A DNA stretch of 64,000 nt from a virus. Lineage: Duplodnaviria; Heunggongvirae; Uroviricota; Caudoviricetes. Below the pieces are notes generated by a model that was not told the DNA's origin, did not search any database, and saw only the letters and a program-made list of their open reading frames with translations. Position 1 is the stretch's first letter. Each line of letters opens with the position of its first letter. Made by a program: the position numbers and the translations under genes. This document shows, piece after piece, positions 1 to 7,571 of the stretch. The stretch spans positions 11,046 through 75,045 of IMG/VR virus record IMGVR_UViG_3300010344_001272. The stretch is one strand, 5' to 3'.

Positions 1-454
1 GCTAAGGGCATGAGAGTATTTGTGCTAAGTTAAGTCAGAATTTTATTAGGGCTTGTTTTCGGCAAATACTCAATAAGGCAGGAACTTAGGATGGCTGGCA
101 GAACGAACACATAAATTCTGTACCTAAGGAGTTTTGAAAAACTTAAAATTTCGGGAGATAGGAACTCCGAAAAACACGCAAATACAATTTTTCTCAGAAA
201 AAAGATTTTTATACCGTAGTAAAGTTAGGTGATACTTCGTAAATAAGAAAGCCGTGGCCCCGTGCCACAAAAATCAAATCAATTCTATGTAAACGAAGAT
301 TTCCTAAAATACTTTTGGAATTTCCTGCATGGTTCGACGAACTATATGTTCTCGGTGTTTAGGCGCCTATTTGCGTACTAACGGATTTCAAAAGTATGGA
401 GATCAATGGAGACAACCATTAAAAACGCACCTACTGGCATTCTCGGAAGATTTA

Positions 455-492
455 AAAGGGGCAAAATTAAAACTTTGTCCCTTTATTTTTTT
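455..492 (+). terminator. Rho-independent terminator closing the ORF-free first 455 nt
   Basis: stem aaGGGGCAAA / TTTGTCCCtt with one G-T wobble followed by T-run. Confidence 0.5.
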
Positions 493-506
493 ATAATAAA
501 ATAAAA

Positions 507-710
507 ATGGGTAATAAAGATTTTTTTAAAGATTTCAATATTCGCGGAGGATTTTCATCTAAATCTTTTTTAACTGATAAATTTACTGTCTGCGTACGAA
601 CAAAAGATGGAAAAGTTATCGAACATGAAAACATTACGGATCCATGGAAATACATTGCAAAGTTAAAAAAGGAAATGAATATTGATGCCGCATGGATAAA
701 AGAAGAATAA
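507..710 (+). CDS. hypothetical small protein
   Basis: 67-aa ORF, no recognisable motifs. Confidence 0.3.
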   Translation: MGNKDFFKDFNIRGGFSSKSFLTDKFTVCVRTKDGKVIEHENITDPWKYIAKLKKEMNIDAAWIKEE

Positions 711-785
711 AAGTGTTAAAAATTGTTAAAAAATTTTTTACTGTCATAGAAAAGTATTATATTTGCTATGTAAATATTAACTTAA

Positions 786-2474
786 ATGACACACACGATG
801 AAAAAATTGACATTTTTATTTATGATTGGTATCATTTTTCTCTTTTCGTGCGAGAAAATAGAAGATACCCCCACCCTGCCCCTTGAATTTACTGTTAGTA
901 TAACAAATGTTTCTATTTTTGGAGGAAGCGATGGAAAAATAGTTATAAATGTAACTTCCGGGGTACCTCCTTACTCTTATAAAATTGGAAGTTCTAATCA
1001 ATCATCCAATGAGTTTTGTAATCTTGTAAGCGGCATATATACTATTACCGTAACAGACAGTAAACAACAAGTTTTATCTAATAATGTTACTATTACAGAA
1101 CCACCTGAAACACCCAAAGTAACCGTTATAAAAAAGGATATAACTTGCAAAGGTTCTAATAATGGTATCATACATATCTATCCTGTTGAATCGTTTCAAT
1201 ATTCGATTAATGGAGGAAATTGGGGTCAATTAAATACTTTTAATAATCTTGCACCTGGTATTTATAACATTAAAGTAAAAGACGGCAGTTCTAATATAGT
1301 TTTCAATGAAAATATATCAATTATTGAACCAAATATTGTTAATGCCATTATTACTTCAACGAATATCACTTGCTTTGGCGCGAATGACGGAACAATTATA
1401 ATTTCTTCTCCAACAGGTGGGTACGGGACGTATCAATATTCTATTGATGGAGGAACTAATTGGTCATCAACAACACAATTTTATAATCTTACTCCAAATA
1501 CTTATAATGTATGGATTCGAGACGCCTCTATTCCGAATTATACATGCATTAGCGGATGTCAAGATATAGTTTTTCCTAATGAAAATCCACCAACTTATTG
1601 TCAATTAATTCTTGGCAGTATTAATATCACACAACCACAAGTTCTTAATGCTGTAGTTACATCTTCAATAATAACGAATGTAGGCGATAATAATGGTATT
1701 ATAAACATATTATCAGCAAGTGGGGGGTCAGGCGTTTATGAATATAGTATTAATGGCGGAACAACTTGGAAAACTTCAGGATATTTTAATAACCTAGTGC
1801 CAGGAAAATATGATGTGTATCTTAAAGATGCCGTTACAGGATGTGTTAAAATACTTAATTCTTGTGTAATAAAAGAACCGACTTACGTTAAAAATTTAAT
1901 TGATTTTACGTTGGCCAGTTATAATAAAGAAACTATTTCAACTGAAGTTTCAGCCTATGTAAATACAATTAACGGTACTAATAAATTTTCCATATCATTT
2001 TGGTATAACACACCCACTTCTACATTGAATAAAAACAATCCAACTTGGACATCTGCTAGATTATTGTCATCCGATCATACATCTAATCCTAGCAATGAAG
2101 CTACTACTTGGATAGAAATTAATAATACTGATTATCAAAATACCGACCCAGATGATCCTATCAAAGCCAAAATCGAATATGGTAGAATTAAAGCTAATCC
2201 ATTAACTACCGATAAGATTACTTTAAATAGTAGAACTGTATGGTCAGGATTACATCATATCGTGGTTATATTCGATGGTTTTAAAATAAAAATGTATATT
2301 GATAATGTTCTAATTAATGAAGTTTCATCTTCAATAAGTTTGAATATCAATAAAATTTATTTTGGCGGTCATGAAAGTAATACCAACTACGAGTACAATG
2401 GCATCATAAGTAAGATAAAAATTTACAACGACGCTATAACTCCAGTCGAAGTAGATTATCTGTTTAAAAATTAA
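786..2474 (+). CDS. SprB-repeat lipoprotein with C-terminal LamG/ConA-like lectin domain (adhesin or receptor-binding candidate)
   Basis: N-terminal MKKLTFLFMIGIIFLFSC lipobox; four repeats of the type (C/I)xGxxDGxI...GGxxPYxYSI(N/D)GG typical of SprB repeats; C-terminal block resembling concanavalin/LamG fold. Confidence 0.6.
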   Translation: MTHTMKKLTFLFMIGIIFLFSCEKIEDTPTLPLEFTVSITNVSIFGGSDGKIVINVTSGVPPYSYKIGSSNQSSNEFCNLVSGIYTITVTDSKQQVLSNNVTITEPPETPKVTVIKKDITCKGSNNGIIHIYPVESFQYSINGGNWGQLNTFNNLAPGIYNIKVKDGSSNIVFNENISIIEPNIVNAIITSTNITCFGANDGTIIISSPTGGYGTYQYSIDGGTNWSSTTQFYNLTPNTYNVWIRDASIPNYTCISGCQDIVFPNENPPTYCQLILGSINITQPQVLNAVVTSSIITNVGDNNGIINILSASGGSGVYEYSINGGTTWKTSGYFNNLVPGKYDVYLKDAVTGCVKILNSCVIKEPTYVKNLIDFTLASYNKETISTEVSAYVNTINGTNKFSISFWYNTPTSTLNKNNPTWTSARLLSSDHTSNPSNEATTWIEINNTDYQNTDPDDPIKAKIEYGRIKANPLTTDKITLNSRTVWSGLHHIVVIFDGFKIKMYIDNVLINEVSSSISLNINKIYFGGHESNTNYEYNGIISKIKIYNDAITPVEVDYLFKN

Positions 2475-2498
2475 TAATTTAAGTTATCAAATATCAAA

Positions 2499-2527
2499 TG
2501 GAGATCAAAAGGTCTCCATTTTTTTTG
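2499..2527 (+). terminator. Rho-independent terminator
   Basis: TGGAGATC aaaa GGTCTCCA followed by T8. Confidence 0.65.
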
Positions 2528-2787
2528 AAAAAAAGTGCTCAAAAATTTTTTTATTTCACGAATATGTATTATAATTGCAACATATTTATTGAAAAAAATT
2601 GCAATAACTTAAAACTTTTTTAAACGAGTTCATAATATATAGAAAAAATCAACAGATGCAGAAACAAGGCTTAAATATAGTCGTAGCGAATTGGGTGGCC
2701 AATGATGATAACAAAGGTCGTAGAGGAGTTATGCGTCCCGTTGAGGATATAATTGATTGGTGAAAAACAACAATTAAGAATAAATCA

Positions 2788-2822
2788 ACGGGAACTCCAA
2801 AAAGGTTCCCGTTTTTATTTTA
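2788..2822 (+). terminator. Rho-independent terminator after a 35-codon micro-ORF (2656-2763)
   Basis: CGGGAAC loop GGTTCCCG then TTTTTATTTT. Confidence 0.5.
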
Positions 2823-2848
2823 AGTTCTTTGACATATTGCTTTCTTTC

Positions 2849-2922
2849 GCGGGTGTAGCACAGTGGTAGTGCAGGAGCCTTCCAAGCTTCTGACGTGAGT
2901 TCGATTCTCATCACCCGCTCCA
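2849..2922 (+). tRNA. tRNA-Gly(TCC), CCA encoded
   Basis: hand fold: acceptor GCGGGTG/CACCCGC 7/7, D stem GCAC/GTGC, anticodon stem GGAGC/GCTTC, loop CTTCCAA, T loop TTCGATT. Confidence 0.85.
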
Positions 2923-2942
2923 ATTACTGTAGTGACTGGAAT

Positions 2943-3019
2943 GGGTTACTTCGTGCTAAATGGTTTAGCAATTGTCTCTTAAACAATGGTTGCGGTTCAA
3001 ATCCGCCTGTTACCCTCCA
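2943..3019 (+). tRNA. tRNA-like, degenerate; anticodon arm reads Lys(CTT)
   Basis: perfect anticodon arm ATTGT-CTCTTAA-ACAAT and D stem TGCT/AGCA, T loop TTCAAAT, CCA end, but acceptor GGGTTAC/GTTACCC has a T-T mismatch and spacing between arms is off by 1-3 nt. Confidence 0.3.
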
Positions 3020-3038
3020 AATTTTCTCAGTAATTAAT

Positions 3039-3126
3039 GGTCTCAGGAGCTGCTAGGTGTGGCTGCCGGCCTGTCACGCCGGAACGACTAATAATCGACA
3101 GGAGGGTTCGAACCCCTTTGGGACCG
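3039..3126 (+). tRNA. 88-nt type-II-like tRNA with 19-nt variable arm; anticodon loop CTGTCAC reads GTC (Asp)
   Basis: acceptor GGTCTCA/TGGGACC 7/7 with one wobble, D stem AGCT/GGCT, anticodon stem CCGGC/GCCGG, T arm GAGGG-TTCGAAC-CCCTT; long variable arm is unusual for GTC. Confidence 0.45.
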
Positions 3127-3156
3127 CTAACCGTAGTGATAGAACAGAGTTTCATC

Positions 3157-3229
3157 GTGAAAATAACTCAATAGATAGAGTGTATTGCTTCTAACAATAA
3201 GGTCGCTGGTTCGACTCCAGCTTTTTACT
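3157..3229 (+). tRNA. tRNA-Arg(TCT)
   Basis: acceptor GTGAAAA/TTTTTAC with one wobble, D stem ACTC/GAGT, anticodon stem TATTG/CAATA, loop CTTCTAA, T arm GCTGG-TTCGACT-CCAGC; D loop lacks GG. Confidence 0.7.
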
Positions 3230-3261
3230 AAAAAGGCTCTTTCTGGTTTTCTCGGTTAAAC

Positions 3262-3333
3262 AGGGGTATGGTGTAATGGTTAGCATGTTTCTCTCCAAAA
3301 GAAATGATCTGGGTTCGAGTCCTGGTACCCCTG
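3262..3333 (+). tRNA. tRNA-Trp(CCA)
   Basis: acceptor AGGGGTA/TACCCCT, anticodon stem TTTCT/AGAAA, loop CTCCAAA, T loop TTCGAGT. Confidence 0.8.
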
Positions 3334-3363
3334 CTAATCAAATCCAAAACTTTTAGTTCAAAT

Positions 3364-3382
3364 GGATATATAATATAAAAAT
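3364..3382 (+). promoter_or_regulatory. T4-late-like promoter motif GGATATATAATATAAAAAT
   Basis: one of at least seven similar ATATATAA(A/T)AAAA boxes 8-25 nt upstream of start codons. Confidence 0.4.
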
Positions 3383-3389
3383 ATCCTCT

Positions 3390-4052
3390 ATGAATTGCGA
3401 AAATTGCGGAAATAAACATGATGGAACTTATGGTTCTGGAAGATTTTGTTCATCTAAATGTGCTAGAGGTTTTAGTACAAAAACAAAAAGAAAGGAAATT
3501 AACCAAAAGGTAAGTAAAAAACTAAAGAAGAATTTTCTGGAAATAAAAACTTGCCCATGTGGAAAAACGTTTGAAACTTCAAATAAAAAAAGATATTGTT
3601 CTTCTTCTTGTGGAAGTCATTATTCTCAGTTAGGAAAAAATAAGAAAAAAGGGATAGAAAGAAAACAAGGATCGGGGGGATTAAGACCTGGTGGAGGTAA
3701 ATCAAAACAAATTCCATACACAAATTGGCTAGGTTTTAAAATGTTTCTTAACACAGAAGAAATAGAAGTAGCAAAAATACTTGATGAGAAAAAATTAAAT
3801 TGGGATAGAAACAGAAAAGGCTTTCCTTATTTAATGCGAAATGGAAAACAAAGAAAATATTATCCTGATTTTGTAGTAAATGGAAACAAATACATTGAAT
3901 ACAAAGGGTGGGTTACTGAAGAAATGGAATGGAAAATGAACGATGCAGTTAAAACTAATAATCTAAATTTGAATATTATAGTCGGAACAGACCCTCGATA
4001 CCAGAGATTCGGTATAACCTTAAAAGAATTAAAAAATGGAAAAAGCTTTTAA
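3390..4052 (+). CDS. putative homing-type endonuclease (N-terminal zinc ribbon, C-terminal YYPDF...IEYKGW PD-(D/E)xK-like motif); paralog of 17118-17750
   Basis: CxxC...CxxxC at N-terminus, basic middle, conserved C-terminal block shared with second copy; sits inside tRNA array. Confidence 0.4.
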   Translation: MNCENCGNKHDGTYGSGRFCSSKCARGFSTKTKRKEINQKVSKKLKKNFLEIKTCPCGKTFETSNKKRYCSSSCGSHYSQLGKNKKKGIERKQGSGGLRPGGGKSKQIPYTNWLGFKMFLNTEEIEVAKILDEKKLNWDRNRKGFPYLMRNGKQRKYYPDFVVNGNKYIEYKGWVTEEMEWKMNDAVKTNNLNLNIIVGTDPRYQRFGITLKELKNGKSF

Positions 4053-4236
4053 ATTTTTTCAAGAATTAATTAAAAGACCTGTTATTAAATCTAAAAAAAT
4101 TAATTTTGGTCCGTATTTCGAAACAAGACGGCGAATTGGGGAAAACAAAGTTACGAGAAATCAGGATCAATTAAAGGATTTTTTTGATGCGGTAATAATA
4201 GAACAAGATATTTTCGAAAAAGAGAAACGCGTATAA
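4036..4236 (+). CDS. hypothetical protein
   Basis: 66-aa ORF. Confidence 0.25.
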   Translation: MEKAFKFFQELIKRPVIKSKKINFGPYFETRRRIGENKVTRNQDQLKDFFDAVIIEQDIFEKEKRV

Positions 4237-4289
4237 TCTAACGAATAACTTGGTTAGTCTGGGGCATCGAGAACCTCTATACGCACCAC

Positions 4290-4363
4290 GGGCTGTTAGC
4301 TCAGATGGCTAGAGCGCCTGCCTTGCAAGCAGGAGGCCAAGGGTTCGACTCCCTTACGGTCCA
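4290..4363 (+). tRNA. tRNA-Ala(TGC)
   Basis: acceptor GGGCTGT/ACGGTCC with two wobbles, D arm GCTC-AGATGGCTA-GAGC, anticodon stem CCTGC/GCAGG, loop CTTGCAA. Confidence 0.85.
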
Positions 4364-4424
4364 CTACAGACAGACTGTTAAATTTTCATAGTAACCGTGA
4401 CGACGGGTTTCATAGAAAATTAAC

Positions 4425-4498
4425 GCCTTCGTGGCGCAATTGCGTAGCGCTACTCCCTCTTAAGGAGAAGGTTAAGGGTTCGAGTCCCTTCGGAGGCA
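4425..4498 (+). tRNA. tRNA-Lys(CTT)
   Basis: acceptor GCCTTCG/CGGAGGC, D arm GCGC-AATTGCGTA-GCGC, anticodon loop CTCTTAA, T arm AAGGG-TTCGAGT-CCCTT; A-A mismatch at 27-43. Confidence 0.7.
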
Positions 4499-4506
4499 CA
4501 AATGCC

Positions 4507-4613
4507 GGATGATACACTGTTTTATCACAGTGCCGGCTCCAAGGGCGATACGTGGTGGTTGGTTGCCGGCCCCACCCAGTTGGTTATCATGGGTTCGATC
4601 CCCATATCGTCCA
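4507..4613 (+). tRNA. atypical 107-nt tRNA-like gene
   Basis: perfect acceptor GGATGAT/ATCGTCC, D arm ACTG-TTTTATCA-CAGT, T arm ATGGG-TTCGATC-CCCAT, but the anticodon region is a GCCGGC...GCCGGC stem enclosing 27 nt plus a 19-nt variable region; packed in the tRNA array with 3-8 nt spacers. Confidence 0.3.
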
Positions 4614-4618
4614 CAAAT

Positions 4619-4695
4619 AGTGCGTTAGTTCAGTTGGTTAGAATATCAGACTGTCACTCTGAGGGTCGCGAGTTCGAGTCTCGTACGCACTGCCA
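4619..4695 (+). tRNA. tRNA-Asp(GTC), CCA encoded
   Basis: acceptor AGTGCGT/ACGCACT 7/7, D arm GTTC-AGTTGGTTA-GAAT, anticodon stem TCAGA/TCTGA, loop CTGTCAC. Confidence 0.85.
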
Positions 4696-4702
4696 TAGAA
4701 TC

Positions 4703-4759
4703 TGTAGTAAGAATAGAGTTTCATCGTGGTAAACATTGGTTCGAATCCAATACCGAGCG
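4703..4759 (+). other. conserved tRNA-junction motif followed by an isolated tRNA 3' fragment (T arm ATTGG-TTCGAAT-CCAAT plus acceptor strand ACCGAGC-G)
   Basis: motif TGTAGTAAGAATAGAGTTTCATCGTGG as in three other sites; no D or anticodon arm and no complementary 5' acceptor strand nearby. Confidence 0.3.
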
Positions 4760-4801
4760 CATTGCTTAGTAATTAAACTCTTTTCAACTTTCTCAGATTA
4801 C

Positions 4802-4877
4802 GGGGAGTTAGCTCAGCAGGTAGAGCGACGGACTGTTAATCCGCAGGTCATGGGTTCGATCCCCTTACTCCCCGCCA
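4802..4877 (+). tRNA. tRNA-Asn(GTT), CCA encoded
   Basis: acceptor GGGGAGT/ACTCCCC 7/7, D arm GCTC-AGCAGGTA-GAGC, anticodon loop CTGTTAA. Confidence 0.75.
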
Positions 4878-4888
4878 AATTTCAAACG

Positions 4889-5143
4889 ATGGATGAATTA
4901 TTAGAGATTATCGAAAGATTAAAAGAAGAGAATGAAGATTTGAAATCAAGATTGATTGATCTTACATTTGAAATGAATTACAATAAACAAACAGAATTGA
5001 TTGAGTTTGTTCGTTCAATTTATTCAAGTATCGAACAGGAAATGAATTTCAAAACAAGAAGTAAGTTATCCAAGAGCCAAATGCTCTATAGTTTGAAAAA
5101 GAACATTGAAGAATTTGCTAAAAACAATAAAATAGCATTATGA
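4889..5143 (+). CDS. hypothetical coiled-coil protein
   Basis: ORF-track frame 4736-5143 overlaps tRNA-Asn; first ATG after the tRNA is at 4889 (MDELLEIIERLKEENEDLK...). Confidence 0.4.
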   Translation: MDELLEIIERLKEENEDLKSRLIDLTFEMNYNKQTELIEFVRSIYSSIEQEMNFKTRSKLSKSQMLYSLKKNIEEFAKNNKIAL

Positions 5144-5571
5144 AACTTTATCGATACAGTGTTACATCTTCAAGACATGGTGCAATTCCACACGTTGAGT
5201 TACAATCGTATGATGTTAAAAAGGAAACAAATAAAGGATATTGGATTAGTTTGTATTGGGGAAGTGATAAGAAATGGGTTTCAAAAGATGGATTGCGAAG
5301 ATTTGCATTTCCAACAAAGTATCAAGCAATGCAGAATTTTATAAAGCGAACTGAGAAACGTGTAAAATATTTAGAAATAGATTTACAAGCATGCCAAGTT
5401 GGTTTGCAGTCTGCAAAAAGAATACAAGAAGATATTTCTGAAGATGATGATGTTGTAACATTATATCATATTTTAAAACTGCGGGGTAGAGCAGCGGTAG
5501 CTCGTGAGGCCCATAACCTCAAGGTCGAGGGTTCGAACCCCTTCCCCGCTACAAATGGCGAGAAAGTTTAG
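5140..5571 (+). CDS. hypothetical protein; 3' end reads through tRNA-Met
   Basis: 143-aa ORF; last 30 codons coincide with a well-folding tRNA so the true stop may be misplaced or the overlap is real. Confidence 0.35.
   Translation: MKLYRYSVTSSRHGAIPHVELQSYDVKKETNKGYWISLYWGSDKKWVSKDGLRRFAFPTKYQAMQNFIKRTEKRVKYLEIDLQACQVGLQSAKRIQEDISEDDDVVTLYHILKLRGRAAVAREAHNLKVEGSNPFPATNGEKV
5480..5551 (+). tRNA. tRNA-Met(CAT), possibly initiator (1-72 T-T mismatch)
   Basis: D arm GAGC-AGCGGTA-GCTC, anticodon stem TGAGG/CCTCA, loop CCCATAA, T arm GAGGG-TTCGAAC-CCCTT, acceptor TGCGGGG/CCCCGCT with 1-72 mismatch. Confidence 0.7.
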
Positions 5572-5682
5572 AAAAAGGCTCTTATTAGCTTTCTCATTTC
5601 GGTGTAGTAATTATGAGAGTTTCATCGGAAAAACGTCAAGCTCATAACTTGAAGATCGTTGGTTCAAATCCAGCTCTCGCCA
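5557..5682 (+). tRNA. tRNA-like Met/Ile2(CAT) gene with about 60-nt insertion in the D loop that contains the conserved junction motif
   Basis: acceptor GGCGAGA/TCTCGCC 7/7, D stem GTTT/AAAC, anticodon arm TCAAG-CTCATAA-CTTGA 5/5, T arm GTTGG-TTCAAAT-CCAGC; the canonical parts are interrupted only inside the D loop. Confidence 0.4.
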
Positions 5683-5706
5683 CACTCACTTTTTGTTCCT
5701 TGGCTA

Positions 5707-5722
5707 TGATATATAAATAAAA
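5707..5722 (+). promoter_or_regulatory. T4-late-like promoter motif GATATATAAATAAAAA
   Basis: immediately upstream of GIY-YIG gene. Confidence 0.4.
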
Positions 5723-5729
5723 ATGTATC

Positions 5730-6284
5730 ATGCCAAGGAAACCAAAAGTGTATCATGTTCTTTACAAAACAACTTGTTTAGTGACAAATCGATATTATAT
5801 TGGAATGCACTCAACAAATGATTTAAATGATGGATATTTAGGAAGTGGAACAAGATTAAGATATTCTATTAAGAAATACGGAATTGAAAATCATAAGTTT
5901 GAAATTTTAGAAAACCTTCCCGATAGAAGTTCTTTGAAATTAAGAGAAAAGGAAGTTGTTAATGAAGAATTAATTAAGGATGTTAATTGTATGAATTTAA
6001 AATGCGGGGGTGAAGGAGGAGGAAAATTTTGGAATAAAGAACACCAGAAAAAATGTTCTATTGCAGGAGCCCTTGCTGTGTTACCTATTAGAAGACAATA
6101 TCATCTTGATAAATTAAAAACAGATCCAGAATATAGAAAAAAATACAAACAATCACTAAGTAAAGCACTATCAGGTGAAAAAAATCCTTTTTATGGAAAA
6201 CATCATACAGAAGAAACAAAACAAAAAATGAGAAAACCTCATAAAACATATAAAAAACGAAAAGCAAAAATCATGACCTCGTAA
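5730..6284 (+). CDS. GIY-YIG homing endonuclease
   Basis: N-terminal KVYHVLYKTTCLVTNRYYIGMHST...GYLGSG GIY-YIG module; paralog at 18204. Confidence 0.75.
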   Translation: MPRKPKVYHVLYKTTCLVTNRYYIGMHSTNDLNDGYLGSGTRLRYSIKKYGIENHKFEILENLPDRSSLKLREKEVVNEELIKDVNCMNLKCGGEGGGKFWNKEHQKKCSIAGALAVLPIRRQYHLDKLKTDPEYRKKYKQSLSKALSGEKNPFYGKHHTEETKQKMRKPHKTYKKRKAKIMTS

Positions 6285-6347
6285 CTCAGTTGGTAGAGTA
6301 CCACACTTTTAATGTGGGAGTCGTGAGTTCGAGTCTCACCGGGGTCA
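6275..6347 (+). tRNA. tRNA-Lys(TTT)
   Basis: acceptor GACCTCG/CGGGGTC, D arm ACTC-AGTTGGTA-GAGT, anticodon stem CCACA/TGTGG, loop CTTTTAA, T arm GTGAG-TTCGAGT-CTCAC. Confidence 0.85.
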
Positions 6348-6363
6348 CAATGATTAGAGTATT

Positions 6364-6593
<230 letters not shown>

Positions 6594-6671
6594 CACTGGA
6601 TGCCGATTGCCGGGGGAGGTATGTTCCCTGATTTGACGGCTATTATCAAAGTGCGGGCATGAAATCCTTTC

Positions 6672-6749
6672 GGAAGATTAGCTCAGTTGGTTCAGAGCAC
6701 TTGCCTTACAAGCAAGGGGTCGTGGGTTCGAATCCCTCATCTTCCACCA
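6672..6749 (+). tRNA. tRNA-Val(TAC), CCA encoded
   Basis: acceptor GGAAGAT/ATCTTCC, D arm GCTC..GAGC, anticodon stem CTTGC/GCAAG, loop CTTACAA. Confidence 0.85.
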
Positions 6750-6760
6750 AATAATTTGAT

Positions 6761-7267
6761 ATGGATTTTAAAGAATTTCCAATCAGACAACAAATGAACA
6801 GACATGATTGTTCAGTATGTGTCATTTGGTGTATACTTAGATATGCTGGAATAGATATTACTTACAGAGATTTATATCGCTTCATTCATCCTCCAATAGG
6901 CCCTAATGATGGGGTTTCTGGAGAACAAGTAATGAAAATACTTAGAAGTTTTGGAATTAATGTTGTTTCAGAAACTAGTAATATTTCAAAATTAAGAATT
7001 GATACAAATAATTGGCCCGTAATAGTCAGTATACAACACAAGAAAAAAAGAAATGTTGATTGGAAAAACATAATCGAATTTGGACATTATGTAATTGTTT
7101 TAAAAGTTGATGATAAAAAAGTAAAATTCATGGATCCAAATTATGGAAAGATAAGGTCTTTAAATATTAAAGATTTTAAAGACAGATGGCATGATGGAGA
7201 TGAAAATGAACTTTGTAAATATCCAGCAATCATATGTATGGTAAATGAATCGAAATCTATACTTTAA
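6761..7267 (+). CDS. putative papain-like cysteine peptidase (C39-like)
   Basis: N-terminal HDCSVCVIWCILRYAGI and later GHYVIVLKV...DPNYG match Cys/His arrangement of C39 peptidase domains. Confidence 0.45.
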   Translation: MDFKEFPIRQQMNRHDCSVCVIWCILRYAGIDITYRDLYRFIHPPIGPNDGVSGEQVMKILRSFGINVVSETSNISKLRIDTNNWPVIVSIQHKKKRNVDWKNIIEFGHYVIVLKVDDKKVKFMDPNYGKIRSLNIKDFKDRWHDGDENELCKYPAIICMVNESKSIL

Positions 7268-7559
7268 GGATGGTGTTCTTTTTGCTAAGGGCTACGAAAG
7301 AGTGGTTCACGGAGGGCGAGGAGATTATATAGAGTTAACTAAAGATCAAATAGTTGTAGAACTTAGATCAAAATTTAAACAATCACTTCCGGAAGCCGTT
7401 TCTGACGAGCCCTTTTATTACTACTGGTTGGTTCCAATTGGAAGAGAAGAAAAAATTTACTGGCAGTGCAGAACTGTAAATTATGCAGATTACAAAATAG
7501 GATATTATTATATAAGTCCTAAGTTAATTATACCATTTGATAGTACAGAATTATTTTAA
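7245..7559 (+). CDS. hypothetical protein
   Basis: 104-aa ORF. Confidence 0.3.
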   Translation: MNRNLYFKDGVLFAKGYERVVHGGRGDYIELTKDQIVVELRSKFKQSLPEAVSDEPFYYYWLVPIGREEKIYWQCRTVNYADYKIGYYYISPKLIIPFDSTELF

Positions 7560-7571
7560 TAAATAAGATAT

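Noticed and set aside
816-1001. short antisense ORFs inside long genes (816-1001, 3499-3723, 6886-7071, 8039-8269, 8833-9189, 9186-9660, 11744-12223, 12493-12868, 21516-21940, 22160-22496, 25118-25498, 29446-29676, 29869-30072, 31122-31567, 31952-32572, 33202-33495, 34915-35202, 36712-36906, 37599-37787, 38273-38776, 39383-39592, 40282-40830 and plus-strand ORFs inside the minus glycan locus)
   Set aside because: All embedded in better-supported genes on the opposite strand; low-complexity translations typical of AT-rich antisense frames.
2829-2834. sigma70-like TTGACA upstream of first tRNA cluster
   Set aside because: No matching -10 hexamer at 17 nt spacing; the expected position falls inside the tRNA.
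3228-3419. minus-strand 63-aa ORF
   Set aside because: Overlaps tRNA-Trp and the start of the endonuclease gene on the opposite strand.
4502-4732. 76-aa ORF
   Set aside because: Covers the atypical tRNA-like gene and tRNA-Asp; translation has no protein-like features.
5140-5571. possibility that the 143-aa ORF is entirely spurious
   Set aside because: N-terminal 110 residues look protein-like and follow the previous gene with a 4-nt overlap; kept with low confidence, only the 3' end over tRNA-Met is doubtful.
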